A stretch of DNA of 64,000 bases. Source: Minisyncoccota bacterium. Its GTDB lineage: Bacteria; Patescibacteriota; Minisyncoccia; Phycocordibacterales; UBA6065. This document shows positions 28,497 through 37,528 of the stretch, piece after piece; the first letter of the stretch is position 1, and the number at the start of each line of letters is the position of its first letter. The position numbers were made by a program, and so were the translations under genes. Location: assembly GCA_041661645.1 (NCBI GenBank), contig JBAZUA010000002.1, positions 97,944-161,943 of the forward strand, written 5' to 3'. The notes under the pieces are model-generated. The model was not told where the DNA came from, searched no databases, and saw only the letters and a list, made by a program, of their open reading frames with translations.

Positions 28497-29435
28497 TTAA
28501 AACACAAGTTTAAGCTGTCTCTTGAGCTCCTTCCTCGTGTTTTCAGGGTCTCTCTTGAATGCCGCGAGCGTTCGACACACGGCCTCGATGTGACCGACCT
28601 CTTCCTCCTTGCTGAAGCTTCCTCCGCGATAGCAGGCCTTTCCGAAGTCGATTATGACGGGTTTTCCGGTACTGAAGTTAACCATGACGTTTCTGTTCGT
28701 CATGTCCTGGTGGGTGAAATCATTGTCGTGAAGGACCCCTATCATGGAAAGGAGGGTGGCTTTGAAATCATCGGGATCGAGTGCCTCCAAGGCGTCCAGG
28801 TGTTCTTCGTATCCCAATATGAAGTCCTGGATGGATTTTCCCGGCACTTTCTCCATTGAGAACACGTCGGCAACCTCCCTGTACATGAACGGCGCCCCAT
28901 CAGACTCTCCCTCTCCCTTCGATTCTATGCGGATAAGGGATTTGATGTCGGGAACCGATCCCACGAAGCCGGCCTGTTCGAGGAGCATGTGGGCGGCAAT
29001 CTGTAGGCTCGCCTCGACTTCCGGGCTGTTCGAGGCCGCGAACTCTATGTTTCCTCTCTTTTGGGCGGCCTTGCGACCCTCCTGGACCTTCTCGAAATGC
29101 TCCTGTATCTTTCTCAACTCTTGAAGCCTCGGCGGCAGTTGCCCGAATTGCTTTCCCTTCATCTCGACGCTCAGGTGTTCCCAGATGTGTTTGGCGCACA
29201 TGGGCTGTTTGTCTGAGGGGTAGTCGAAGACGAAGCCCTCGTTTCCGGATCCCACGAATAGTCCCGGATTAGAGATTATCGCCTCGTGCATATGCGTCGC
29301 CTCGGCGAGCTCCTCTGGGCCTGGTTTCTTCTCTATGAAAAAGCCAGTTGGGTTTTCCAGTATCTCCTGCGCCGTGAACTTTTCCTTCATCGCCAGTTCG
29401 ACGGCATCCTCAATGGGTGATGATTCGAAAAACAT
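28497..29435 (-). CDS. eukaryotic-like protein kinase fold protein (atypical Ser/Thr kinase-like)
   Basis: Gly-rich loop GSGNEGFVF (GxGxxGxV), lysine in CAKHIW, catalytic loop HQDMTNRNVMV (HxDxxxxN), and IIDFGKA (DFG). The start lies 5 nt after the thrS stop. Confidence 0.55.
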   Translation of the reverse strand: MFFESSPIEDAVELAMKEKFTAQEILENPTGFFIEKKPGPEELAEATHMHEAIISNPGLFVGSGNEGFVFDYPSDKQPMCAKHIWEHLSVEMKGKQFGQLPPRLQELRKIQEHFEKVQEGRKAAQKRGNIEFAASNSPEVEASLQIAAHMLLEQAGFVGSVPDIKSLIRIESKGEGESDGAPFMYREVADVFSMEKVPGKSIQDFILGYEEHLDALEALDPDDFKATLLSMIGVLHDNDFTHQDMTNRNVMVNFSTGKPVIIDFGKACYRGGSFSKEEEVGHIEAVCRTLAAFKRDPENTRKELKRQLKLVF

Positions 29436-29440
29436 GCGAT

Positions 29441-31183
29441 TTAGCTTATTTTTCTCGACGCCTCTTCTAACAGGGTCTTGGTTGCTTCTTCGATGCTCAT
29501 CTGCCCAATCTGCCCCTTGTCGCGGGACTCGAGGGTGACCTTGCCCGCCTCGATGTCCTTGTCGCCGATGATTATGGTGTAGGGAACCTTCATGTCCTTG
29601 GCGCCGCGTATTTTCTTTCCAAAGCCGGCAGGCGAGAGGTCGAGGTCGACGCGGATACCTGCCATCTTAAGCACCTCGGCAGCCTTTGTCGCGTGAGCGT
29701 CATGATCCTCGCGGACAGGTATGACCTTCACTTGCACGGGAGCGAGCCAGAGGGGGAAATTGCCGCCAGTGTGCTCGATGAGGATAGAGAGGAATCGTTC
29801 GAGTGATCCCATGATTGCCGCATGAATCATGACGATGCGCTCCTTCTCGCCCTTGTCGTTCACGCAGGTGAGGTCGAATCGCTCGGGCATGTTCATGTCG
29901 AGCTGTATCGTGGCGACCTGCCATTCTCGGCCGATCGAGTCGCTTGCCATGAAGTCGAGCTTTGGGCCATAGAACGCGGCCTCGCCGGGTCCGTCGATGG
30001 CGTCAACCTTCTTCTCGGTCAGTATTTCGCGCAGGAGATTCTCCGCGATGTCCCAGTTGGCCGCACTGCCGAGGTACTTGTCGGTCGCGGCGGGGTCTCG
30101 GCGCGAGAGGCGAACCTTGAGGTCGAATCCGAAGACGGGGTAGAACTCATGGATGACGTCCCAGATCTTGAGGAACTCGGCCTTCACGTCGGTCATGCGG
30201 CAGAAGACGTGGGCGTCATCCTGCGAGAAGGCTCGCGTGCGGGAAAGGCCCGAGAGCTCGCCGGTCTGCTCGTCGCGGTAGCAGGCGGTGGTATTGGCGT
30301 ATCGCTGGGGAAGCTCGCGATAGCTCCACTGCTTGCGGGCGTAGATCTGGGTGTGATGAGGGCAGTTCATCGGCTTCATGGCGAACTCGTGTCCCTCGCG
30401 GGTCTTTATCTTGAAGAGGTCGTCCTGGTACTTGTCCCAGTGTCCCGAGGTTATATAGAGGTCTTTTTTTGTGATGTGGGGGATCTCGACGCGCTCGTAG
30501 CCATGTTTCGCGCGGAGCGACCAGACGAAGTCATCGAGGAGATTACGGACAATGGTGCCCTTTGGGGTCCAGAGGGGGAGTCCCGCGCCGACGAGGTCCG
30601 AGAAGGTGAAGAGGTCGAGGGCGGGGCCGAGCACCTTGTGGTCTCGTTTTTTAGCCTCGGCTATCTGGGCCTGATACGCGTCGAGTTCCTCCTTGCTGTT
30701 GAAGGCGAGGCCGTAAATGCGGGTGAGCATGGAGTTCTTCTCGTCACCGCGCCAGTATGCGCCGGCGACTCGTTCGAGCTTGAATCCGTCGAGCGGCATC
30801 TCGCGCGGGTCTGCGTGTCCGCCTCGGCAGAGGTCGACGAATTCGCCGGATTTATAGAGTGTTATCTCCTCGCCTTTGGCCAGGATGCCCTCGATGAGCT
30901 CGAGCTTGTAGGGATTGTTCGCGAACATCGCTTTCGCCTCGTCGGGGGTGGCGACTATCTTCTCGAAGCCCTTCCAGTGGGGGAGGAGCTTTCGCATGTT
31001 CGACTCTATCTTGAGGAATTCCTTCTCGGATGGCTTGTTGTCGGGGGCGAACTCGAAGTCGTAGTAGAAGCCGTTGTCAATCGCTGGGCCGATGGTGTTT
31101 TTGGCGCCTGGATACATCTTCTCTATGGCCGCGGCCAGAAGGTGTGCGAACGAGTGTCGAATGTCGGGGAGTGATGAGGGCAT
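29441..31183 (-). CDS. thrS: threonine--tRNA ligase (short form without the N-terminal TGS/editing extension)
   Basis: Class II motifs (RDEQTGELSGLSRTRAFSQDDAHVFC, FYGPKLDF), C-terminal anticodon-binding domain, and HAAIMGSLERF. Confidence 0.85.
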   Translation of the reverse strand: MPSSLPDIRHSFAHLLAAAIEKMYPGAKNTIGPAIDNGFYYDFEFAPDNKPSEKEFLKIESNMRKLLPHWKGFEKIVATPDEAKAMFANNPYKLELIEGILAKGEEITLYKSGEFVDLCRGGHADPREMPLDGFKLERVAGAYWRGDEKNSMLTRIYGLAFNSKEELDAYQAQIAEAKKRDHKVLGPALDLFTFSDLVGAGLPLWTPKGTIVRNLLDDFVWSLRAKHGYERVEIPHITKKDLYITSGHWDKYQDDLFKIKTREGHEFAMKPMNCPHHTQIYARKQWSYRELPQRYANTTACYRDEQTGELSGLSRTRAFSQDDAHVFCRMTDVKAEFLKIWDVIHEFYPVFGFDLKVRLSRRDPAATDKYLGSAANWDIAENLLREILTEKKVDAIDGPGEAAFYGPKLDFMASDSIGREWQVATIQLDMNMPERFDLTCVNDKGEKERIVMIHAAIMGSLERFLSILIEHTGGNFPLWLAPVQVKVIPVREDHDAHATKAAEVLKMAGIRVDLDLSPAGFGKKIRGAKDMKVPYTIIIGDKDIEAGKVTLESRDKGQIGQMSIEEATKTLLEEASRKIS

Positions 31184-31465
31184 GTGATGGGTGATGAGTT
31201 GTTTTTGATAAAGTCCCTGAGGGGATAAAAAAGCGCCCTAGTGAATGCACGAAAATTCGTGAACTCACTAGGGCGATCTTGCGTCGCGGTTCCACCTAGC
31301 TTTGGTCTCTTTCGAAACGACTCAGATTAGGGCTTGATTCCTCGGCCTTTCGGCGCGCCCCTGATTGGTGGTCAGGGCAATCTCTGGTGGGTACATGGTA
31401 GCGGGTTTGGGCGTTTTGGTCAAATGGCTCAAAGAAAAGGCCCGGTGTTTTGCAACACCAGGCCT

Positions 31466-31556
31466 CCCGATCGGCGATCTAGTCCGACCTTGAAACGCGC
31501 GATACGTGTATCAAGGGCATGCGTAGATCATTAGCGGGTGCTCTAATGATGTTTTT
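31466..31556. repeat. direct-repeat element R1 (hairpin plus about 85-nt conserved block) ending in a terminator-like hairpin
   Basis: CCCGATCGGCGATCTAG...GAAACGCGCGATA...CATGCGTAGATCATTAGCGGGTGC, then stem ATCATTAG/CTAATGAT and a T6 run. A diverged copy lies at 31982-32075. Confidence 0.5.
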
Positions 31557-31616
31557 TAGATTTTATTTACCTGATTTATCGGCGGCACGTGATATGTTTT
31601 TCATATTAACACTTTA

Positions 31617-31949
31617 ATGGAATTAACCAGAAAAAACATGGTGAAAGATACGCCAATGGGCAACGTGCTGACCGTCGATGTTTTCTTTGCGGGCATGGAT
31701 AGCGTGAGGACTGAACTCGGGGGAAAGATAGGTGCCTTGGATCAGAAATTGAGCGGCCGAATAGATTCTCTGGAGAAAAGACTTGATAGTAGGATAGACG
31801 CGCTCGAGTCGAAAATGATGGAAGGTTTTACTGCTCTGGATAAGAAAACTGATATCGTGGAACGTGGGGCAGAGCAGCGCGATAGGGTTCTTTCATCACA
31901 GATTCAGCACATGGCCTTTTCCAAGGCTGATTGGAACGATATCGTGTAA
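31617..31949 (+). CDS. hypothetical coiled-coil protein (110 aa)
   Basis: Low-GC ORF between R1 and R2, made of heptad-like repeats (LDQKLSGRIDSLEKRLDSRIDALESKM); followed by a 10-bp stem hairpin at 31954-31980. Confidence 0.45.
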   Translation: MELTRKNMVKDTPMGNVLTVDVFFAGMDSVRTELGGKIGALDQKLSGRIDSLEKRLDSRIDALESKMMEGFTALDKKTDIVERGAEQRDRVLSSQIQHMAFSKADWNDIV

Positions 31950-31981
31950 AGAAAAAGGGCGCGACGTGTGAGCGTCGCGCC

Positions 31982-32075
31982 CCAATCGGTGATCTATACT
32001 GGATTCCTCCAGACCGATTTTAGAAGCGCGCGATATTGCTTGACTGGGGGCATGCCTAGATCAACTACGGTGCCC
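31982..32075. repeat. direct-repeat element R2 (diverged copy of R1)
   Basis: CCCAATCGGTGATCTAT...GAAGCGCGCGATA...CATGCCTAGATCAACTACGGTGCC, about 70% identical to R1 in the same orientation. Confidence 0.5.
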
Positions 32076-32220
32076 GCATGAGGCTTCCTCGCGCTCTTTC
32101 CAGGGTTGCCGCGCGTGGTGCGGATCTGGTCTGACCTTGTTGTGGCTATTCCCGTGCACGGGAATTCCGTTTGTGCAATCATCCGGATTCTTGGCCGGTG
32201 GAACAGTTATATCACGACCA

Positions 32221-35200
32221 TTACTGCAATGCCATGAAGTTGTCGATGAGTATCGACGCCTCGCCATTCCTGTCCGAGAGCTTTCCCTTAACCGCCACGA
32301 GCTTGTCGGGGATGATGAGGGCCTTCCATCGTGCGAAGGTCTTTGGAAACGCCACGGCCTCTATGGTTCCGGTGAGATCCGCCACCCGCAGGAATGCCAT
32401 GTCCTCGCCCTTCTTGGTCTTGATGACGCGGACTTCTTCAATGATACAGCCGATGACTATGGTCGCCTCGGTGAGCTTCTTCTCCTCGGCGATGGTCTTT
32501 GCGACCTGGGCCTTGATGGTCGAGACGTTGACCGGCCTCTTGGCCAATATCTCCCTGTATTTGTCGAGAGGGTGTCCCGAGATGTAGAGGCCGAGCAGTT
32601 CCTTTTCCCAGAGCAGCTTCTCGTGCAGGGTGATCGGCTGAACCGCATCGAGGCGTATGTCATCCGAGCCGGCAATGCCGCCGAAGAGCGAGTCCTGATT
32701 GTCGCCCGCCTTCACCTTCTCCTTATTGTATTCAAGCAGGCGGTCAATGTTGCCATACATGGTCGTCCTGTCAGCGAACTCGTCCATGGCCCCGCACTTG
32801 ATGAGCGATTCGAGGGATTTCTTGTTGAGGTTCTTGTCCTTGATGCGGCCCAGGAAATCCGAGAGTGACTTGAACTTTCCCCCGCGTGCGCGCTCGTCGA
32901 TGATGACCTTGGCGATGCCCTCGCCGAAGTTCTTGATGGAGTTCAGCCCGAAGCGGATGCTGTCGTGTCCCGTCGTGCCGTCCTCGCCTATCTTTCCCTT
33001 GATGAGGGCGAACTTCTCGAAGCTCTCGTTGACCGATGGGGGAAGCACGGGGATGTCCAGGCGCTTTGACTCAACGATGGATTCCGCAATCTTATCCACG
33101 TCGCCCGCCTCGTGGATCATGATGGCCGTCATGTATTCGCCGGGGTAATTGGCCTTGAGGTATGCGGTCTGGTATGCCACGCGACCGTATGACACGGAAT
33201 GGGCCTTGTTGAATCCGTATGCCGCGAACGGCTCGATCCATGACCAGATCTGCTTCGCCTTCTTCTCGGGCCACTTGCTGTGCTCGATGCAGCCGTGGAT
33301 GAACTTCTCCTTCTGGGCGGCCATCTCCTCGGGAATCTTCTTTCCCACGGCTTTTCGGAACTTGTCCACCTCGCCCCAGGAATATCCCGCGAGCTTGTTC
33401 GCCATCATGAGGAGGTCGTCCTGATAGACGAGGATTCCGTAGGTCTTCTCGAGGATTGGCTTGAGGGCGGGGTCGAGATAGGTGATGAGGGACGGATTGT
33501 GCTTTCGCTCGATGTACTGGGGGATGAACTGGATTGGGCCCGGGCGATAGAGCGCCACCATCGCGTTGATGTCGTGAATGGTCGACGGACGCAGCTCCTT
33601 GAGATGCTTGGTCATTCCTTCGCCGTTCAGCTGGAACAGGTCGGACGTCTCGCCTCGGGCGAGCATCTCGTAGGTCTTCTTGTCGTCGACGGGCATGGTG
33701 TCGAGGTCTATCTCGACGCCGTGATTTCTCTTTATGAAGGCCAGGGCGTCGGCGATGATGGAAAGGTTCTTCAGTCCGAGGAAGTCGAACTTGAGCAGGC
33801 CCGCCTCCTCGATCGAGTACATGTCGTACTGGGATATGATTTTGTTTTCGCCCTTGGTGTCATACTGGAGGGCGGTGAAATCGGTAAGGGCGGTGGGGGA
33901 TATGACCACTCCCGCGGCGTGGACTCCCATTTGCCGTGCGCACCCCTCGATCTTCTTTGCGAGGTCGATGATGCGCTTGGTGTCGGCGTCCTTTTTGTAT
34001 AACTCGGCGAGTTCGGGTGTGGTCTCGATGGCCGTGTCTATGGTCATGGGGAATCCCTGCGAGCCGAGCGGGATGAGGGCCGAGAGCTTGTTGCCCATCT
34101 CGACGGGGTATCCCAGGGCACGGGTGACGTCGCGCACCGATCCCTTGGCGGCCATGGTGCCGAAGGTTCCGATCTGGGCTACCTTGTCCGCGCCGTATTT
34201 GGCACGGGCGTAGTCGATCATCTCATCGCGGCGATCGTCGGCGAAGTCCATGTCGATGTCGGGGGCTGATGGTCGGTCGGGGTTGAGGAATCGCTCGAAG
34301 GGTATCTCGTATTCGAGGGGGTCGATGTTTGTGATGCCGGAAAGATAGGTGACCATGGATCCGGAGACCGATCCTCTGATGTTCGAGAGTATGCCGTGCG
34401 AGCGGGCATATTTGAGGAGGTCCGCCACGATGAGGAAGTACGGCGAGTATCCCTTGTTCTTGATGACCTCGAGCTCGTATTCGACGCGCTTGAGGATCGG
34501 CTCGCTTTGCTCAACCTTTCTCTTTGCGAATCCCTCGTACACGACCTTGCGCAGGGCGCTGTCTGGCGTCTCGCCTTCGGGAAGTTTAAAGTCGGGAAAC
34601 ACCCATTTGCCGAGCTCTATCCTGAACTCGCATTCATTGGCGATCTTCTCGGTGTTGGCGATGGCCTCGGGAGTGTCGCGGAAGTACTGGCGGGCCTTCT
34701 CGTCCGAAATAAAGGAAAAGTCGGCGATGTCGTCATCGCTGATGCGGTCGTCGCCCGACGAGTTCACGAGCATGAGGGTCTGTTGCGCCGGCTTGTCCTC
34801 GGGATTGATGTAATAGACGTTCGCGCCGGCAACCAATGGCACGCCCGTCCTCTTTGACACTTCCTTGGTGCGCTCCATGATGGTCTCGTGGCCGTCTATG
34901 TCGGGATGATGGGTGATTTCAAGGTAGAAGTCGGATCCGTACACGTTCTTGTACCAAAAGGCGATGTCGCAGGCCTTCTCGATGTCGTTTCCCTGAAGGG
35001 CCATGGAGAGATCTCCGTTGAAGGCCGAGGCGATGGCGACAATGCCGTCCTTGTGCTTCTCGATGAGCTCCTTGTCGATGCGGGGCTTGTAGTAGAAGCC
35101 CTCGAGGTATCCCTTGGTCACGAGCTGGACGAGGTTCTGGTAGCCGACCTCGTTCTTGGCGAGGAGTATCAGTCGGGTGCGACGCGAGTCGATGCCGGAC

Positions 35201-35436
35201 TGCTTGTCATGGCGGGTTCGGGACGCGACATAGGCGTCGATGCCGATGATCGGCTTGATGCCCGCCTTCTTGCAGGCCTTGTAGAACTCGATGGCGCCGT
35301 AGATGTTGGCGTTGTCGGTGAGGGCGAGGGCCGTCGCGCCGTCGGCCTTGGCGGCATCCACGAGGTCGTCTATCTTGGGCAGGGCGGCCAAGAGGGAATA
35401 GTGCGAGTGGGTGTGGAGGTGGGTGAAGCGGGCCAT
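32221..35436 (-). CDS. dnaE: DNA polymerase III subunit alpha
   Basis: PHP domain N-terminus (FTHLHTHSHYSLL), polymerase core, OB fold. 1072 aa from the Met at 35436. Confidence 0.9.
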   Translation of the reverse strand: MARFTHLHTHSHYSLLAALPKIDDLVDAAKADGATALALTDNANIYGAIEFYKACKKAGIKPIIGIDAYVASRTRHDKQSGIDSRRTRLILLAKNEVGYQNLVQLVTKGYLEGFYYKPRIDKELIEKHKDGIVAIASAFNGDLSMALQGNDIEKACDIAFWYKNVYGSDFYLEITHHPDIDGHETIMERTKEVSKRTGVPLVAGANVYYINPEDKPAQQTLMLVNSSGDDRISDDDIADFSFISDEKARQYFRDTPEAIANTEKIANECEFRIELGKWVFPDFKLPEGETPDSALRKVVYEGFAKRKVEQSEPILKRVEYELEVIKNKGYSPYFLIVADLLKYARSHGILSNIRGSVSGSMVTYLSGITNIDPLEYEIPFERFLNPDRPSAPDIDMDFADDRRDEMIDYARAKYGADKVAQIGTFGTMAAKGSVRDVTRALGYPVEMGNKLSALIPLGSQGFPMTIDTAIETTPELAELYKKDADTKRIIDLAKKIEGCARQMGVHAAGVVISPTALTDFTALQYDTKGENKIISQYDMYSIEEAGLLKFDFLGLKNLSIIADALAFIKRNHGVEIDLDTMPVDDKKTYEMLARGETSDLFQLNGEGMTKHLKELRPSTIHDINAMVALYRPGPIQFIPQYIERKHNPSLITYLDPALKPILEKTYGILVYQDDLLMMANKLAGYSWGEVDKFRKAVGKKIPEEMAAQKEKFIHGCIEHSKWPEKKAKQIWSWIEPFAAYGFNKAHSVSYGRVAYQTAYLKANYPGEYMTAIMIHEAGDVDKIAESIVESKRLDIPVLPPSVNESFEKFALIKGKIGEDGTTGHDSIRFGLNSIKNFGEGIAKVIIDERARGGKFKSLSDFLGRIKDKNLNKKSLESLIKCGAMDEFADRTTMYGNIDRLLEYNKEKVKAGDNQDSLFGGIAGSDDIRLDAVQPITLHEKLLWEKELLGLYISGHPLDKYREILAKRPVNVSTIKAQVAKTIAEEKKLTEATIVIGCIIEEVRVIKTKKGEDMAFLRVADLTGTIEAVAFPKTFARWKALIIPDKLVAVKGKLSDRNGEASILIDNFMALQ

Positions 35437-35486
35437 GTCTGTAGAGTATATCAAAACCCATTGCATGTCGCAGTCTGGCATATATA

Positions 35487-35993
35487 ATGAAAATGATGTC
35501 CAACAGGCGAAAAGGCTTCACCTTCATCGAGCTCCTCGTGGTCATTTCGATCATCGCGCTTCTATCGAGCGTCATATTGGCTTCCCTGGGCAACGCGCGC
35601 GAGAAGGCCCGGGTCCGCGCCGCCCAAGAGACAATCCTTCAAATGGTAAAGGCGGTCGAGGTCGCCCGAAACGACACAGGGCAGACCCTGCTGCAGCTGA
35701 CCGGAAGCGGCTGCACCAGATGCGGAAGTCCCCAAAATGTCGCGCTCAAGAACTCTCTCACGGCGATCATCTCGAAAGGGGGTGGTGTCTATAAGGGGAT
35801 CGAGTCCAGTGTCTATGATTCATGGGGAAGTGTCTATTGGCTGGACGAGAACGAGAATGAGGGTGGTTCGACCGATTGTAGGCGTGACTCCCTCTCGACA
35901 ACCAATTTGAAGATTTATTATTATTTTTCCTACGCCACGACGTACTGCAAGGCCCACCCGACAGGGGTTGAGGGGTGGGTTATTGCGCCCTAA
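35487..35993 (+). CDS. type IV pilin-like protein (prepilin N-terminal methylation motif)
   Basis: MKMMSNRRKG|FTFIELLVVISIIALLSSVIL, a class III signal and hydrophobic helix, with Cys residues in the C-terminal region. Confidence 0.7.
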   Translation: MKMMSNRRKGFTFIELLVVISIIALLSSVILASLGNAREKARVRAAQETILQMVKAVEVARNDTGQTLLQLTGSGCTRCGSPQNVALKNSLTAIISKGGGVYKGIESSVYDSWGSVYWLDENENEGGSTDCRRDSLSTTNLKIYYYFSYATTYCKAHPTGVEGWVIAP

Positions 35994-36022
35994 TTGACAA
36001 AATAATGTCTCGGGAGTAGCAT
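35994..36022 (+). promoter_or_regulatory. sigma70-like promoter (TTGACA-N17-TAGCAT) for the downstream non-coding transcript
   Basis: TTGACA at 35994-35999, 17-nt spacer, TAGCAT at 36017-36022. Confidence 0.45.
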
Positions 36023-36029
36023 CTCCTTT

Positions 36030-36449
36030 GGGACAGTTCTACGAAGAAAGATGTTAATCGATTCCCCTCTCTCGGTCGGACTGGGAGTAACGGGAACAGC
36101 CTAAACCGTGCTCTTCAGCACGGGGTTCATAGGGAGCCATCAACGCGCAAGCGTTTCGAATTGATACTGGGCAGGTGAACCCTAATCAAAGGCCCACCCT
36201 GAGTACGACGGCGAAAGCATGTCGGAACACATCCGGAATTAAGGCTGGAGTACCGTGCTTCGCACGGTATCTCCCAGAGCACGCTCCCAATGGGGGCACA
36301 ATAAGCCAGTTCACGAACTATACCCTCCGTGTTGTATACGCAGGGGAGATAATGGCGAAAGACAGTGCTTGGCAAGCCCGAAAGCTGATAAGGCTAAACG
36401 AAAAATTGTCCTATCGTGCCGCTTCTCAACGAGGCGGCACTTTTTTATT
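36030..36449 (+). ncRNA. unclassified structured RNA candidate (about 420 nt; RNase P RNA / tmRNA size class)
   Basis: About 460 nt with no convincing ORF, bracketed by the promoter above and terminator GTGCCGC...GCGGCAC plus T9 at 36416-36449. Many local hairpins (CCGTGCTcttcAGCACGG, TACCGTGCttcgCACGGTA, GNRA-like GAAA loops). GGGGUUCAUAGGG resembles a conserved RNase P RNA segment, but P4 and other universal motifs were not found by eye. Confidence 0.4.
36416..36449 (+). terminator. rho-independent terminator
   Basis: 7-bp GC stem GTGCCGC/GCGGCAC with a 9-nt T-run. Confidence 0.65.
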
Positions 36450-36463
36450 GTATAATGCCTCCA

Positions 36464-36922
36464 ATGAACATCAGGCTTCTTACAAAGAGGGATGTTGCCG
36501 CCGCGGCCGCGATCGTCGGCAGGAACTATTCGAAGGAATACGAGAAGTCCTCGACTCTCGAGATACAGAGCATGTTCGGCGACTCTGCTGTGAGCCCTGT
36601 CTATTACGGTGCAGAGGAGGGTGGTCAGCTTGTCGGCTTTGCCGGGTATATCCAGTCGTGGATGGACTATTACATCTATCAGATATTCTGGGTGAATGTG
36701 CTTCCCGAGTTTCAGGGGCGGGGAATAGGCAAAAAGCTTGTGGCTACTCTCATTGATGAGATACGAAAGGATAAGAAGGCCGCGCTCATACAGATCACGG
36801 TGACGCCCGAGAACATAGACTTCTACAAGAAGCATTTTGATTTCAAGATCATCGAACCCTTTGGCGAACCGACCGAGTATCTTATGTCACTCAATTTAGG
36901 AAAGAGCTCCAGCCATCAATAG
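36464..36922 (+). CDS. GNAT family N-acetyltransferase
   Basis: Acetyl-CoA binding motif VLPEFQGRGIGKKLV (Q/RxxGxG/A). Start at the Met at 36464, after the terminator. Confidence 0.75.
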   Translation: MNIRLLTKRDVAAAAAIVGRNYSKEYEKSSTLEIQSMFGDSAVSPVYYGAEEGGQLVGFAGYIQSWMDYYIYQIFWVNVLPEFQGRGIGKKLVATLIDEIRKDKKAALIQITVTPENIDFYKKHFDFKIIEPFGEPTEYLMSLNLGKSSSHQ

Positions 36923-36943
36923 TTTGGTATAATTACGTCACAT

Positions 36944-37465
36944 ATGTTCGAATCATTCAGATCAGGGCAGGAGGAAAGGGTTGAGAGCATGGAGGAGGTC
37001 TTTGCGAAAAACAAGGAGGAGGCATCGCGTTTCGTGGAGGCTCAGATAGAGGCGGATGACCGAGAGATAGACAAAGGCGTTTTCAATCTGGTCGTAAAAC
37101 TTAATCAGTTGCCTTTTCTCTACACCTCCTCCATCGGATCGTGCGAGGGACATCTCAGGCTACGGCCGGGCGCAACGCATGGAAGGTTCACTGCGGGATA
37201 TGTGCACATTCAGGTTGACGATTCGGACGAAGCGATGAGGTTTGTGGATGGAATAAGGGAGATTGTCGCCAGGCACCCAAAATCCAGGATGAAAGATGAA
37301 AGGGATGACCCGAAGTGGGGAGGCATCGGAATAGATTTTTATGCTATCGATAATAGCTACCACGTCAATCTTCCGAGGGAGGAGGCTATTCAGGCAGAGG
37401 TGGACGGCAAGGAAATGATATCGGAAATGGAAGCTCTGGCTGAGGCCTTTCTGGCCTCAAAATAA
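36944..37465 (+). CDS. hypothetical protein (173 aa)
   Basis: Protein-like ORF; no domain recognised. Confidence 0.45.
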   Translation: MFESFRSGQEERVESMEEVFAKNKEEASRFVEAQIEADDREIDKGVFNLVVKLNQLPFLYTSSIGSCEGHLRLRPGATHGRFTAGYVHIQVDDSDEAMRFVDGIREIVARHPKSRMKDERDDPKWGGIGIDFYAIDNSYHVNLPREEAIQAEVDGKEMISEMEALAEAFLASK

Positions 37466-37528
37466 AGGACGGAGTGTCTTTGACATGATGCTGTTGTTTG
37501 TGGTATTTTCCGATACAAACTAGCATCT

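Noticed and set aside
29822-31174. 450-aa plus-strand ORF overlapping thrS
   Set aside because: It is antisense to ThrRS and is a low-complexity G/V/E/L-rich translation.
31334-31534. 66-aa plus-strand ORF upstream of the R1 repeat
   Set aside because: Gly/Arg/Pro-rich translation inside the likely thrS promoter region, with no RBS.
32137-35487. Multiple plus-strand ORFs (32137..32868, 33280..34002, 34888..35487 and others) inside dnaE
   Set aside because: They are antisense to DNA polymerase III alpha with no independent signals.
36030-36449. Firm assignment of the 420-nt RNA as RNase P RNA, tmRNA or SRP RNA
   Set aside because: Only one short RNase P-like segment (GGGGUUCAUAGGG) was recognisable. 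The P4 helix strands, the tmRNA tRNA-like ends and tag ORF, and the SRP GGAA tetraloop motif were not found by eye. It is left unclassified.
36175-36756. 193-aa plus-strand ORF spanning the structured-RNA locus and running into the GNAT gene in another frame
   Set aside because: It reads straight through a strong intrinsic terminator and overlaps the GNAT gene out of frame, with unconvincing composition. The interval is better explained as non-coding RNA.
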